Shown: positions 9,747 through 17,491 of the stretch, piece after piece
Layout: each line of letters begins with the position of its first letter
Numbering within the stretch: the stretch's first letter is position 1
Source: Clostridia bacterium
GTDB taxonomy: Bacteria > Bacillota > Clostridia > RGIG7378
Assembly (NCBI GenBank): GCA_017559445.1
Contig: JAFYSJ010000006.1
Coordinates: forward strand, 380-64,379
Direction: 5' to 3'
Length of the DNA stretch: 64,000 nucleotides
Position numbers and translations under genes: made by a program
Notes under the pieces: generated by a model
Database searches by the model: none
What the model saw: only the letters and a program-made list of their open reading frames with translations
Told to the model about the DNA's origin: nothing

Positions 9747-10378
9747 TTAACAAGACAAAGGCATACGAAAATGCAGCAAACACAATTATCGCTAACTTGA
9801 AGAAGCGCCAGATGGAGGGCTACTACTGCGCTACTAAGGAAGAGGCAATGGACAAGATCCTTTCTCTCATGCCAGAGGGTTCTAGCATTGGATGGGGCGG
9901 CTCTATGACACTTGGTCAGCTTGGTTTTTACGATGCAGTAAAGGGCAAGGGATACGACGTAATCGACAGATACGCAGCTAAGACAGTAGAAGAGCAGAAG
10001 GATGTTAATGCAAGACTTGTTAATTCAGATTTCTTCTTTATGAGCACAAACGCTATTACAGTGGATGGCCAGCTCGTTAACATCGACGGTAGAGGTAGTC
10101 GTTTAGCATTCCTTTGCTACGGACCCGAAAATGTTATTGTTGTAACAGGTATGAATAAGGTTGTTGAGGACGTGGACAGCGGCATTAAGAGAATTCACAC
10201 AATCGCTGCACCTGCAAATACAGTTAGACTTAGCCGCAAGACACCTTGCGCTACAACAGGCCACTGTGGTAACTGCATGTCACCAGATTGTATTTGCTCT
10301 CAGACAGTTATTACTAGATTTTCCACCGTCCCAGGTAGAATCAAGGTTATCCTTGTAGGTGAGGAATTGGGCTACTAA
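9743..10378 (+). CDS. LUD-domain (LutC/YkgG-like lactate-utilization) protein
   Basis: Family pattern; 4-nt overlap with upstream gene. Confidence 0.55.
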   Translation: MINKTKAYENAANTIIANLKKRQMEGYYCATKEEAMDKILSLMPEGSSIGWGGSMTLGQLGFYDAVKGKGYDVIDRYAAKTVEEQKDVNARLVNSDFFFMSTNAITVDGQLVNIDGRGSRLAFLCYGPENVIVVTGMNKVVEDVDSGIKRIHTIAAPANTVRLSRKTPCATTGHCGNCMSPDCICSQTVITRFSTVPGRIKVILVGEELGY

Positions 10379-10379
10379 T

Positions 10380-11168
10380 ATGGGATTTTTGAAGAATATT
10401 CCATTGGAATTGCCACAGGATTGCCCCGAAAGCATTGCGAAGGTAATAGGAAATGCTCCCTTGTTCGATAGCAGTTGCTCTCATGAGGCAAAGGTTTGGT
10501 ACATAGACAAGGATGGTGGCCTTTTCTTAAAACGCAGTCATAAGGGCTGGCTTGCCAATGAAGCTAATTTGGGACAGTACTTCCATTCCAAGAATTTGGC
10601 CCCTGAGATTGTGGATTATATTTCTGGAGATGTGGATTGGATGCTTAGCCGAAAGGCTGTGGGCAAGGATTGCACAGCAGAGGAGTACCTGGCAAATCCG
10701 GAGAAGCTTTGTGACACGTATGGAGAGACGCTTCGCATGCTTCACGAGCTTTCTTTTGATGGCTGCCCTGTTCCAAACAGAACAGAAACTTACCTTGCCA
10801 CAGTGGAAAACAACTATAAGACAGGTCAATTTGGACCCATGGAGTACGCAGATGCTAAGGCTATGGCACCAGATGAGGCTTGGGCAGTGGTGGAGGCTAA
10901 TCGCCAGTACTTTAAGCAGGATGTTTTGCTTCACGGAGACTATTGTTTGCCAAATGTACTGCTTCAAAATGGCAAGTTTAGCTCCTTTATAGATTTAGGT
11001 AATGGTGGTGTAGGAGATAGGCACATCGACTTGTTCTGGGGCATTTGGACCTTGTGGTTTAATCTCCATACTGACAAGTATGCAGGTAGATTCTTGGACG
11101 CATACGGTCGAGATAAGATGGAAAAAGATATGTTGCAAGTTATATATGCAGCAGAGCATTTTGGATAA
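10380..11168 (+). CDS. aminoglycoside/choline-kinase-type phosphotransferase (APH(3')-like)
   Basis: HGDYCLPNVLLQNGKFSSFIDLGNGGVGDRHIDL matches APH catalytic loop and DFG-like region. Confidence 0.7.
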   Translation: MGFLKNIPLELPQDCPESIAKVIGNAPLFDSSCSHEAKVWYIDKDGGLFLKRSHKGWLANEANLGQYFHSKNLAPEIVDYISGDVDWMLSRKAVGKDCTAEEYLANPEKLCDTYGETLRMLHELSFDGCPVPNRTETYLATVENNYKTGQFGPMEYADAKAMAPDEAWAVVEANRQYFKQDVLLHGDYCLPNVLLQNGKFSSFIDLGNGGVGDRHIDLFWGIWTLWFNLHTDKYAGRFLDAYGRDKMEKDMLQVIYAAEHFG

Positions 11169-11224
11169 AAATAATGGGTCATGGATTAGCTCCATGGCCC
11201 ATTTTGATTTGATCAGTTTAGTTA

Positions 11225-12241
11225 TTACTCTACTTCTGTGAGAGCACCCTTGTTTGTCCAAACAGCACCATCGCAGTTAATGGTTTTGCCACTGCATTCA
11301 ACAGTTGCCTTACCCTCTGTAATGTAAATAGCAGATACAGCCTGAATACCGTCGTCAGTTGCCTTAACATTTACTGTACCACCAGTAATGAGGATGCAAC
11401 CCTTGGAGGATTCTAAGGTGTTGGAGGACTTAATGCCGTCGTTGCCAGCATAAACCTTAATAGTTCCACCGTTAATAAGGACGGAGTCGTTACCTCTAAT
11501 GCCGTGGTTAACAGCAGTTACATCGTAAGTACCATCCAAAATCTTAAGGTCATCCTTGGAAGTAATACCGTTGTTGTGGTTACCCTTTACAACCAATGTA
11601 CCCTTGCCGTTAATTGTAAGGTCCTCTTTGCTAAAGAGACATGCATTGGGAATAACAAGATTAGAGTAGCTAAATGTGTAATTTGCACTGTCTGTCAAAG
11701 TGTTAGTTGTGCCTTCGGCCAAAGTAATAGTTACCTTATCTCCAGCAATAACACAAATAGCAGCATAGTCCTTGGAGGTAATTGTAACGCCCTTGAGGAT
11801 CAAGTGAACCTTGTCCAATTCAGGAACATCCACGATGATGGAGCCACTGGTAAGTGTACCTGTAACCAAATAAGTACCAGCAGCGGAGATTACAACCTTG
11901 CCATCCTTGTAAATAGCACCATTGCCGTCGATGGATGTGCTTGCATCTGCCAATGAGATGCCGGTTGTGATGTCGTCATCCTCGCCCTTGCTATCGAATT
12001 TGGTAATAGTAGCAGACCAGCTGTCACACTTAATAATGATGGAATCGTCCTCGCCCTGATTAGTACTTGTGTTGCCAGAAGGAGTTGGCACAGGAGTCGG
12101 TGTGGCCTGTGGATTCTGTCCACCGGAAGTCTGTGTGTTATCGCATGCCGCAAAAGCAGTAATGCTTAAGCAAATAATCAAAATAAGAGATAAAATCTTT
12201 TTCATTTTAGTAAGCTGCCTTTCACTTGATGTACATAGCAT
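11225..12241 (-). CDS. secreted lipoprotein with parallel beta-helix-like repeats (carbohydrate-binding-like)
   Basis: Signal+lipobox MKKILSLILIICLSITAFAAC; repeated GNDGIKS/HGIRGND/NGITSKDD motifs; PT-rich linker. Confidence 0.55.
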   Translation of the reverse strand: MLCTSSERQLTKMKKILSLILIICLSITAFAACDNTQTSGGQNPQATPTPVPTPSGNTSTNQGEDDSIIIKCDSWSATITKFDSKGEDDDITTGISLADASTSIDGNGAIYKDGKVVISAAGTYLVTGTLTSGSIIVDVPELDKVHLILKGVTITSKDYAAICVIAGDKVTITLAEGTTNTLTDSANYTFSYSNLVIPNACLFSKEDLTINGKGTLVVKGNHNNGITSKDDLKILDGTYDVTAVNHGIRGNDSVLINGGTIKVYAGNDGIKSSNTLESSKGCILITGGTVNVKATDDGIQAVSAIYITEGKATVECSGKTINCDGAVWTNKGALTEVE

Positions 12242-12281
12242 ACATCTTGAACATTAAGTGAGTCTTAATAAAATTGCAAAT

Positions 12282-13340
12282 TTATTTTGACTCAAGCAAA
12301 CCAATTTCGTATCCGCTAGCCTGAAGGTAATCGATAAGATCACCCAAAACAGTAGCGTTAGTAGTAGATACACCGTGGATAAGGTAAATAGCACCACTGT
12401 GAGCCTGGTCCTTCATGAGCTTGAGAGCATAGGCAGGATCCTTCTGGTTATCTACAAAGTAATCGTCATAGCAGAATGTCCAGAATACGGATGTGTATCC
12501 AAGGGATTCAATAATAGCCTGAGATCTCTCAGAGTACTCACCACAGGGGAAACGGAACAATGTCATGTTGTATCCGTACTTTTCATAAATCAAATCGTGC
12601 AAGCCCTGAACTTCGGAAATCTGCTTTTCCACAGTAACAGTTGGCATGCTTGGATGCCACTTAGTGTGGTTGCCTACAATATGACCTTCGTCAATCATTC
12701 TCTGAACAAGTTCAGGGGATGTGTTTAAGTAATCCTGAGTAATAAAGAATGTACCCTTAACGCCCTTTTCTTTAAGTGTGTCGAGAATCTGTGTTGTAAC
12801 AGACTTCTTGTACTCGTAACCTAAGTCAAATGTCAAATAAACTGTGTTGTTATCTTCGCCTATGTAATAAACCTTTGTGCCCTTAGCATCTGCATCTGCC
12901 TGCATAGTTACAGCACGTGTAGGTCTAACCTTGTTGCTGGATGTTCCAGACCACCATCCCTTTAATGTATTGTTGTAGCTTGCGAACTCGCCATTGTATG
13001 GAGTGGGAGTTGCAGTAGGTACAGATGTAGGCTTAGGTGTGGGTGTTGGACTTGGAGTCGCAGTAGGTGTAGGAGTCGGAGTAGGGGTTGGTGTAGGTGT
13101 AGGAGTTGGCGTAGGAGTGGGTGTGGGTGTTGGACTTGGAGTCGCAGTAGGTGTAGCTGTTGGAGTAGCTGTGGGCGTAGCAGTAGGAGTGGCTGTTGGT
13201 GTTGGAGTTGCCACTTCAGTTGGTACTGGTGTAGGTGCGTCTGATGTTATTGCGTTACTGCCTATGTATGAGCCAATAACAAAGCAAACTACAGCCACGG
13301 CTATTATAGATACTGCAAGGAAAAATTGTTTTTTGTTCAT
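12282..13340 (-). CDS. polysaccharide deacetylase (NodB-homology) with N-terminal TM and long (PT)n linker
   Basis: TFDLGYEY...GTFFITQDY...[11 protein letters not shown]odB motifs; (TPTA)n/(TP)n linker. Confidence 0.8.
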   Translation of the reverse strand: MNKKQFFLAVSIIAVAVVCFVIGSYIGSNAITSDAPTPVPTEVATPTPTATPTATPTATPTATPTATPSPTPTPTPTPTPTPTPTPTPTPTPTATPSPTPTPKPTSVPTATPTPYNGEFASYNNTLKGWWSGTSSNKVRPTRAVTMQADADAKGTKVYYIGEDNNTVYLTFDLGYEYKKSVTTQILDTLKEKGVKGTFFITQDYLNTSPELVQRMIDEGHIVGNHTKWHPSMPTVTVEKQISEVQGLHDLIYEKYGYNMTLFRFPCGEYSERSQAIIESLGYTSVFWTFCYDDYFVDNQKDPAYALKLMKDQAHSGAIYLIHGVSTTNATVLGDLIDYLQASGYEIGLLESK

Positions 13341-13351
13341 GTGTTCCTCCG

Positions 13352-13705
13352 TTATCGGATAAGACCAAAGCTCACTGTTAAAGCACGATCAACCCTATAC
13401 ATAAGTAGGTTGTCCACGTGACCAACTTTATCTCGTAGCCTTGATTTATCCAATGTTCTAATTTGTTCTGTGAGGATTACAGAATCCTTCTGCAACCCAT
13501 ATTCCAAAGCTCCGATTTCTATATGAGTGGGGAGCTTGGCTTTGTTCATCTGGGATGTAATCGCTGCAGCAATAACCGTAGGGCTAAACTTATTACCTGT
13601 GTCGTTCTGGATAATGAGCACTGGACGGATGCCACCTTGCTCAGAACCCACTACAGGGCTAAGGTCTGCATAAAATATATCGCCTCTCTGAACATCTATT
13701 TGCAT
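13352..13705 (-). CDS. ndoA: type II toxin, MazF/PemK (EndoA-like) mRNA interferase
   Basis: Near-collinear similarity to B. subtilis EndoA ([29 protein letters not shown]...KLPTHIEI). Confidence 0.9.
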   Translation of the reverse strand: MQIDVQRGDIFYADLSPVVGSEQGGIRPVLIIQNDTGNKFSPTVIAAAITSQMNKAKLPTHIEIGALEYGLQKDSVILTEQIRTLDKSRLRDKVGHVDNLLMYRVDRALTVSFGLIR

Positions 13706-13762
13706 TTGCGGCTACCTCCGTGTATTTGTTACGGATAGTGTTGCCCCAAATTAGGTAGTTAA

Positions 13763-14014
13763 TCACTTGGTAAACTTGTGGTTAATAAAATCTACGCAAC
13801 TTTGGCAAATCCATTTATCGCCAATGTTATGAAGATTGTCCTCTTTGCCACAAATTGCACATCTGCTCGTAGCAGCTTGGATTGTGATCGTGTTGCCCTG
13901 AAGGTTAATAGATACTGGAGAGTCAGTCTCAAGGCTAAGGGCCTTCCTGAAATTGGCAGGAATAACCACGCGACCTAACTCGTCAATATGGCGAATGTGA
14001 TTGTTATTCTCCAT
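13763..14014 (-). CDS. AbrB/MazE-fold antitoxin with C-terminal C4 zinc ribbon
   Basis: IDELGRVVIPANFRKALSL swapped-hairpin motif; CAICGK...CQSC; 57 nt upstream of toxin. Confidence 0.65.
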   Translation of the reverse strand: MENNNHIRHIDELGRVVIPANFRKALSLETDSPVSINLQGNTITIQAATSRCAICGKEDNLHNIGDKWICQSCVDFINHKFTK

Positions 14015-14017
14015 GTG

Positions 14018-14050
14018 TCAAAACCTCCACAAATATGTATAAATTATAAT
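14018..14050 (-). promoter_or_regulatory. candidate autoregulated promoter/operator of the TA operon
   Basis: TATAAT box flanked by 7/8 inverted repeat ACAAATAC/ATATTTGT on minus strand. Confidence 0.4.
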
Positions 14051-14160
14051 GTATTTGTAAAAAAGGTAAAGTGATAAAGTCCCTTATTTGAGCCTAGTTG
14101 CAATTTTGTAGAGTGAATAGTAAAATAAAGGAACATTTTTGATTTTGAGAGGTGTGCAAA

Positions 14161-14271
14161 ATGTCTGAAAAGGGCAGAAAGAATTTAATTAAAGCAGTTT
14201 GTATCGTCCTGATTATTGGACTTCTTGGTTCATCTCTGCTGGCTGTTTTCTCTATGTTGGGATGGCTTTAA
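14161..14271 (+). CDS. small hydrophobic peptide (36 aa), below ORF-track threshold
   Basis: ATG with GAGAGG RBS; single TM; followed by terminator. Confidence 0.3.
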   Translation: MSEKGRKNLIKAVCIVLIIGLLGSSLLAVFSMLGWL

Positions 14272-14295
14272 TTTAATACTTATTGACATGGACAT

Positions 14296-14335
14296 AACCC
14301 TGAAAGCCTTGAGTTTTCAGGGTTATTTTTTGCCT
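14296..14335 (+). terminator. rho-independent terminator
   Basis: ccctgaaagccttgagttttcaggg hairpin then T-run. Confidence 0.5.
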
Positions 14336-14382
14336 TTTTGACTTATTAACAGCCAATGAGGAAAAGTGTCGTAAAGCATCGG

Positions 14383-14624
14383 AAAAGTTATTGACATAAT
14401 GTAGACAAAACGTCAGTAACTTTTGACGTAAAAGGCCGCAAAGCCTTGTATCTCAAGGGTTTCAGGTTTTTTGACATCTTCACAAATTATTGACACGAAC
14501 ATATTATCGGTTTCTAAAACTTGTCGGACCGAAAGGAGGGGAAAGGCCTGAAACCATGGTATTTCAAGGCTTTCAGCCCATATGGGTAAAAAACCAGTTA
14601 CTGACATTATGTCAATAACTTTTT
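14383..14624. repeat. 202-bp segment bounded by perfect 20-bp inverted repeats with internal hairpin repeats
   Basis: aaaagttattgacataatgt (14383-14402) is the exact reverse complement of 14605-14624; internal copies of the cctgaaa...gccttga motif in both orientations. Confidence 0.6.
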
Positions 14625-14730
14625 TGTCAAGAGGTTTGGGCAAAAAAATTTTTTACAAGGGGTTTTACCTTGCACCAAATTGCCCCTAATATTATAATTA
14701 TTAGTACCTATGGAAAGCTTTGGAGGACAA

Positions 14731-15374
14731 GCATGTTTATTACATTTGAAGGCCCAGATGGTTCGGGCAAATCCACACAGATTCGCAGACTTAAGGAGTA
14801 TCTTGAGCAGCAGGGATGCCAGGTTTTAGTCACAAATGAGCCAGGTGATACAGCCATAGGTGCACAGATTAGAGATTTGTTACTTAATCCAATTTACAAG
14901 GGCATAACACCAGAGACAGAGGCGCTCTTGTATGCCGCAGATAGAGCACAGCACGTGCGTCAGGTTGTTAAGCCAGCTCTTGCAGAGGGTAAGGTTGTTA
15001 TTTGCGACAGATATATCGATTCCACTATTGCCTACCAGTATTTTGGTCGTCAGCTTTCCGGCGAGTTCATGGGCACAATTACAAAGTATGCTATCGACGG
15101 TCTTATGCCAGAGGCAACAGTTATTTTGGAGCTTAGCCCAGAGGCAGCAGAGAAGAGATACACACAGAGAGCCCAGGCCAAGCAGGCAGATTACGATGTG
15201 CCAGATAGACTTGAGCAGGAGCGCGCTGAGTTTAAGGAGAGAGTTAACCAGGGATTTAAGTACATGGCAGAGAATTATTCCCATAGAATTATTACAATAG
15301 ATGCATCTGGAACTATCGACCAGGTTTGGGATGCTATTTTGGCAGGCCTTAAGGAGAGAGGAGTCCTATGCTAA
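14731..15374 (+). CDS. tmk: thymidylate kinase
   Basis: MFITFEGPDGSGKSTQ P-loop, DRY motif; own -35/-10 (TTGCAC-17-TATAAT at 14671-14698). Confidence 0.9.
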
Positions 15375-16363
15375 AGTTAAGCACATTACAGGGTAGGGAC
15401 AAGATTCGCAGCAGTTTGGCAGGTGCCATGGCTGGCGGCAGGATTCCTCATGCCTTGTTAATTGTGGGACCTAATGGTACGGGCAAAACAACCTTGGCCA
15501 AGGCCATTGCCAACGGAGCCATGTGTATGTCACCCGTCAATGGAGATCCCTGTGGACAATGTATGGCATGTAAGTTAATTGCAGGTGGTATGACCCCTGA
15601 GCTTACATACATTGAGCCAGACGAAAAGGGACTTATTCCAGTTAGTGCAGTTAGACAGGCCATAGACAACATGTACATTAAGCCTGCATATGCATCTCAC
15701 CGAGTTTGTGTCATAGACGATTGTGATGCTATGAACGCACAGGCGCAGAATGCATTGCTTAAGACTTTGGAGGAGCCACCGGCCACAGGCATGTTGATCC
15801 TTACAACGTCCCATCCTGATCTTTTGCTCCCCACTGTTATTTCACGTATTTCCAGATTTGATATAGATAGAGCAGATGAGGAAGAAACTGTGGAGTACAT
15901 TTCCGCAAATTACCCATCCAGCTACAATAGAGCTCACTTCATCCACATGTACACAGGTGGAGCCAGAGGACAGATAGACCAAATTTGCACAGACCCAGAG
16001 TTTATGGAGTTGCGTGAACAGACCATGGCACATTTCACAGCTATGACTTCTGATGCCCTCGATGCAGCATATGGCTTTGCTACTTGGTTCGAAAAGGAGT
16101 CAGACAATGAGGAGCACATTCTCAAAATGCTCATGACACTTTATTCCGACATGTTAATGCTGAGCACAGGACTTGTGAGTCGCATTATTAATAGAGATTA
16201 CCAGGCAAAGCTGACCACACTTATGGAGTTTTTGACGCCAGACCTTTGCATGAAGGCAACCAATGCCATTTCCGAGTATCGCAGGAGACGTAAGTCAGCC
16301 GTTAACCACAAAATGTGCTGCGAGGCACTGGGACTTGATTTGACCATTTCTAAGAGCAAGTAA
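15368..16363 (+). CDS. holB: DNA polymerase III delta' subunit
   Basis: GPNGTGKTT Walker A, zinc module CGQCMACK, SRC-like region; overlaps tmk by 7 nt. Confidence 0.85.
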   Translation: MLKLSTLQGRDKIRSSLAGAMAGGRIPHALLIVGPNGTGKTTLAKAIANGAMCMSPVNGDPCGQCMACKLIAGGMTPELTYIEPDEKGLIPVSAVRQAIDNMYIKPAYASHRVCVIDDCDAMNAQAQNALLKTLEEPPATGMLILTTSHPDLLLPTVISRISRFDIDRADEEETVEYISANYPSSYNRAHFIHMYTGGARGQIDQICTDPEFMELREQTMAHFTAMTSDALDAAYGFATWFEKESDNEEHILKMLMTLYSDMLMLSTGLVSRIINRDYQAKLTTLMEFLTPDLCMKATNAISEYRRRRKSAVNHKMCCEALGLDLTISKSK

Positions 16364-16383
16364 GCTCAACTTTTGGAGGACAT

Positions 16384-17076
16384 ATGATAGAGAAAATTTA
16401 TACCATACCCGTTAACGAAGTTTTTACAGCTAAGCCATGTTCATGTCCATTGTGTGCCATGAAGGAAAGATTTGAGCAGGATCGTATCGATTATGTACTT
16501 GGCCCTGCACTTATGGAACCAGATGTGCGTACAGCAACTAACGAAAAGGGTTTTTGCCCAAGACATTATGCCATGCTCTTTAACAGTCACAAGAACAGCG
16601 TTGGTTTGGGCCTCCTCACAAATACATATATTGAGACTGTGCAGAAAAAGTTGTCCGGAGGTATGCGTCACCGCTCCGATAAGGATTTGGCTGCAGCACT
16701 TGAGAAGATGAATAGCTCTTGCTTCATTTGTGACCAGCTTAACTTCACAATGGACAGATATATTGATGTTATTTACTGGCAGTATGCCAATGACAAGGAT
16801 TTCCGTCAGCTCTTTAGAGAGCAGGATGGATTCTGTTTAGAGCACTTCCGTCAGCTTTGCGCTAGAGCTAAAAAGGGTTTGCCTGGCAAAATGAAGGGTG
16901 AGTTCATGAACGACCTTTGTAATGTGCAGAGCCGCAAGTTGGCTGAGCTCCAGGCAGACGTGGATTGGTTTACCAAGAAGTTTGACTATAGATACAAAGA
17001 TGAGCCTTGGAATAATTCTAAGGATGCAGTTCAGAGATCTATTCAGTTCTTGAAGGGAAAAGTGGAACTTAATTAG
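16384..17076 (+). CDS. conserved cysteine-rich hypothetical protein (possibly DUF6062-like)
   Basis: CSCPLC, CPRH, CFIC, CLEH motifs; its TAG stop is the first TAG of the downstream repeat element. Confidence 0.5.
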   Translation: MIEKIYTIPVNEVFTAKPCSCPLCAMKERFEQDRIDYVLGPALMEPDVRTATNEKGFCPRHYAMLFNSHKNSVGLGLLTNTYIETVQKKLSGGMRHRSDKDLAAALEKMNSSCFICDQLNFTMDRYIDVIYWQYANDKDFRQLFREQDGFCLEHFRQLCARAKKGLPGKMKGEFMNDLCNVQSRKLAELQADVDWFTKKFDYRYKDEPWNNSKDAVQRSIQFLKGKVELN

Positions 17077-17489
17077 TGAACCACGAGCAAAGCTCGTTAG
17101 TGACCGCAAGCAAAGCTTGCTAGTATTCGCTCGTTGCACTCGCTAGTGAACCGCTGCGCCTAGTAGGCCACGAGCAGAGCTCGTTAGTGAACCGCCTTCG
17201 GCTAGTAGGCCACGAGCAGAGCTCGTTAGTGACCGCAAGCAAAGCTTGCTAGTATTCGCTCGTTGCACTCGCTAGTGAACCGCCTTCGGCTAGTGAATAT
17301 TCATTACTTTGGAACGACCCAAAGTAACCAAAAGTCGCCCGCTACTTCCGAAGCGCGGGAGGCACGGGTTTGCAAAGCTGTGCTTTGCAGTGGTTAGTGC
17401 TTAGTTATTAGTGTTTAGCGAATGAAACATGTTCCTATAATGACCATTGGAACATAGGTACCAACACTAAACACCAAAATGGGGGGATA
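17074..17489 (+). repeat. composite intergenic element copy A: hairpin/double-stop array, three-hairpin core, -10 box, CA-rich tail
   Basis: Units such as ccacgagcagagctcgtTAGTGAacc and gccttcggcTAGTAGg; core 17291-17400; TATAAT 17436-17441; cactaaacaccaaa tail. Confidence 0.75.
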
Positions 17490-17491
17490 AT

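Noticed and set aside
13020-13200. Nucleotide-level tandem repeat (ggtgtaggagttggc...) that could be mistaken for a CRISPR or minisatellite
   Set aside because: It is the coding sequence of a Pro/Thr linker inside an intact ORF. There are no spacer-repeat alternations or leader, and no cas genes in the window.
12994-13362. G/V-rich ORFs (GVGVGVG...) at 12994-13362 and 17467-17901, and similar ORFs antisense to the LRR genes
   Set aside because: They are antisense translations of the (PT)n/(TP)n linker coding regions of real genes on the opposite strand (polysaccharide deacetylase, LRR lipoprotein). They are a low-complexity artefact.
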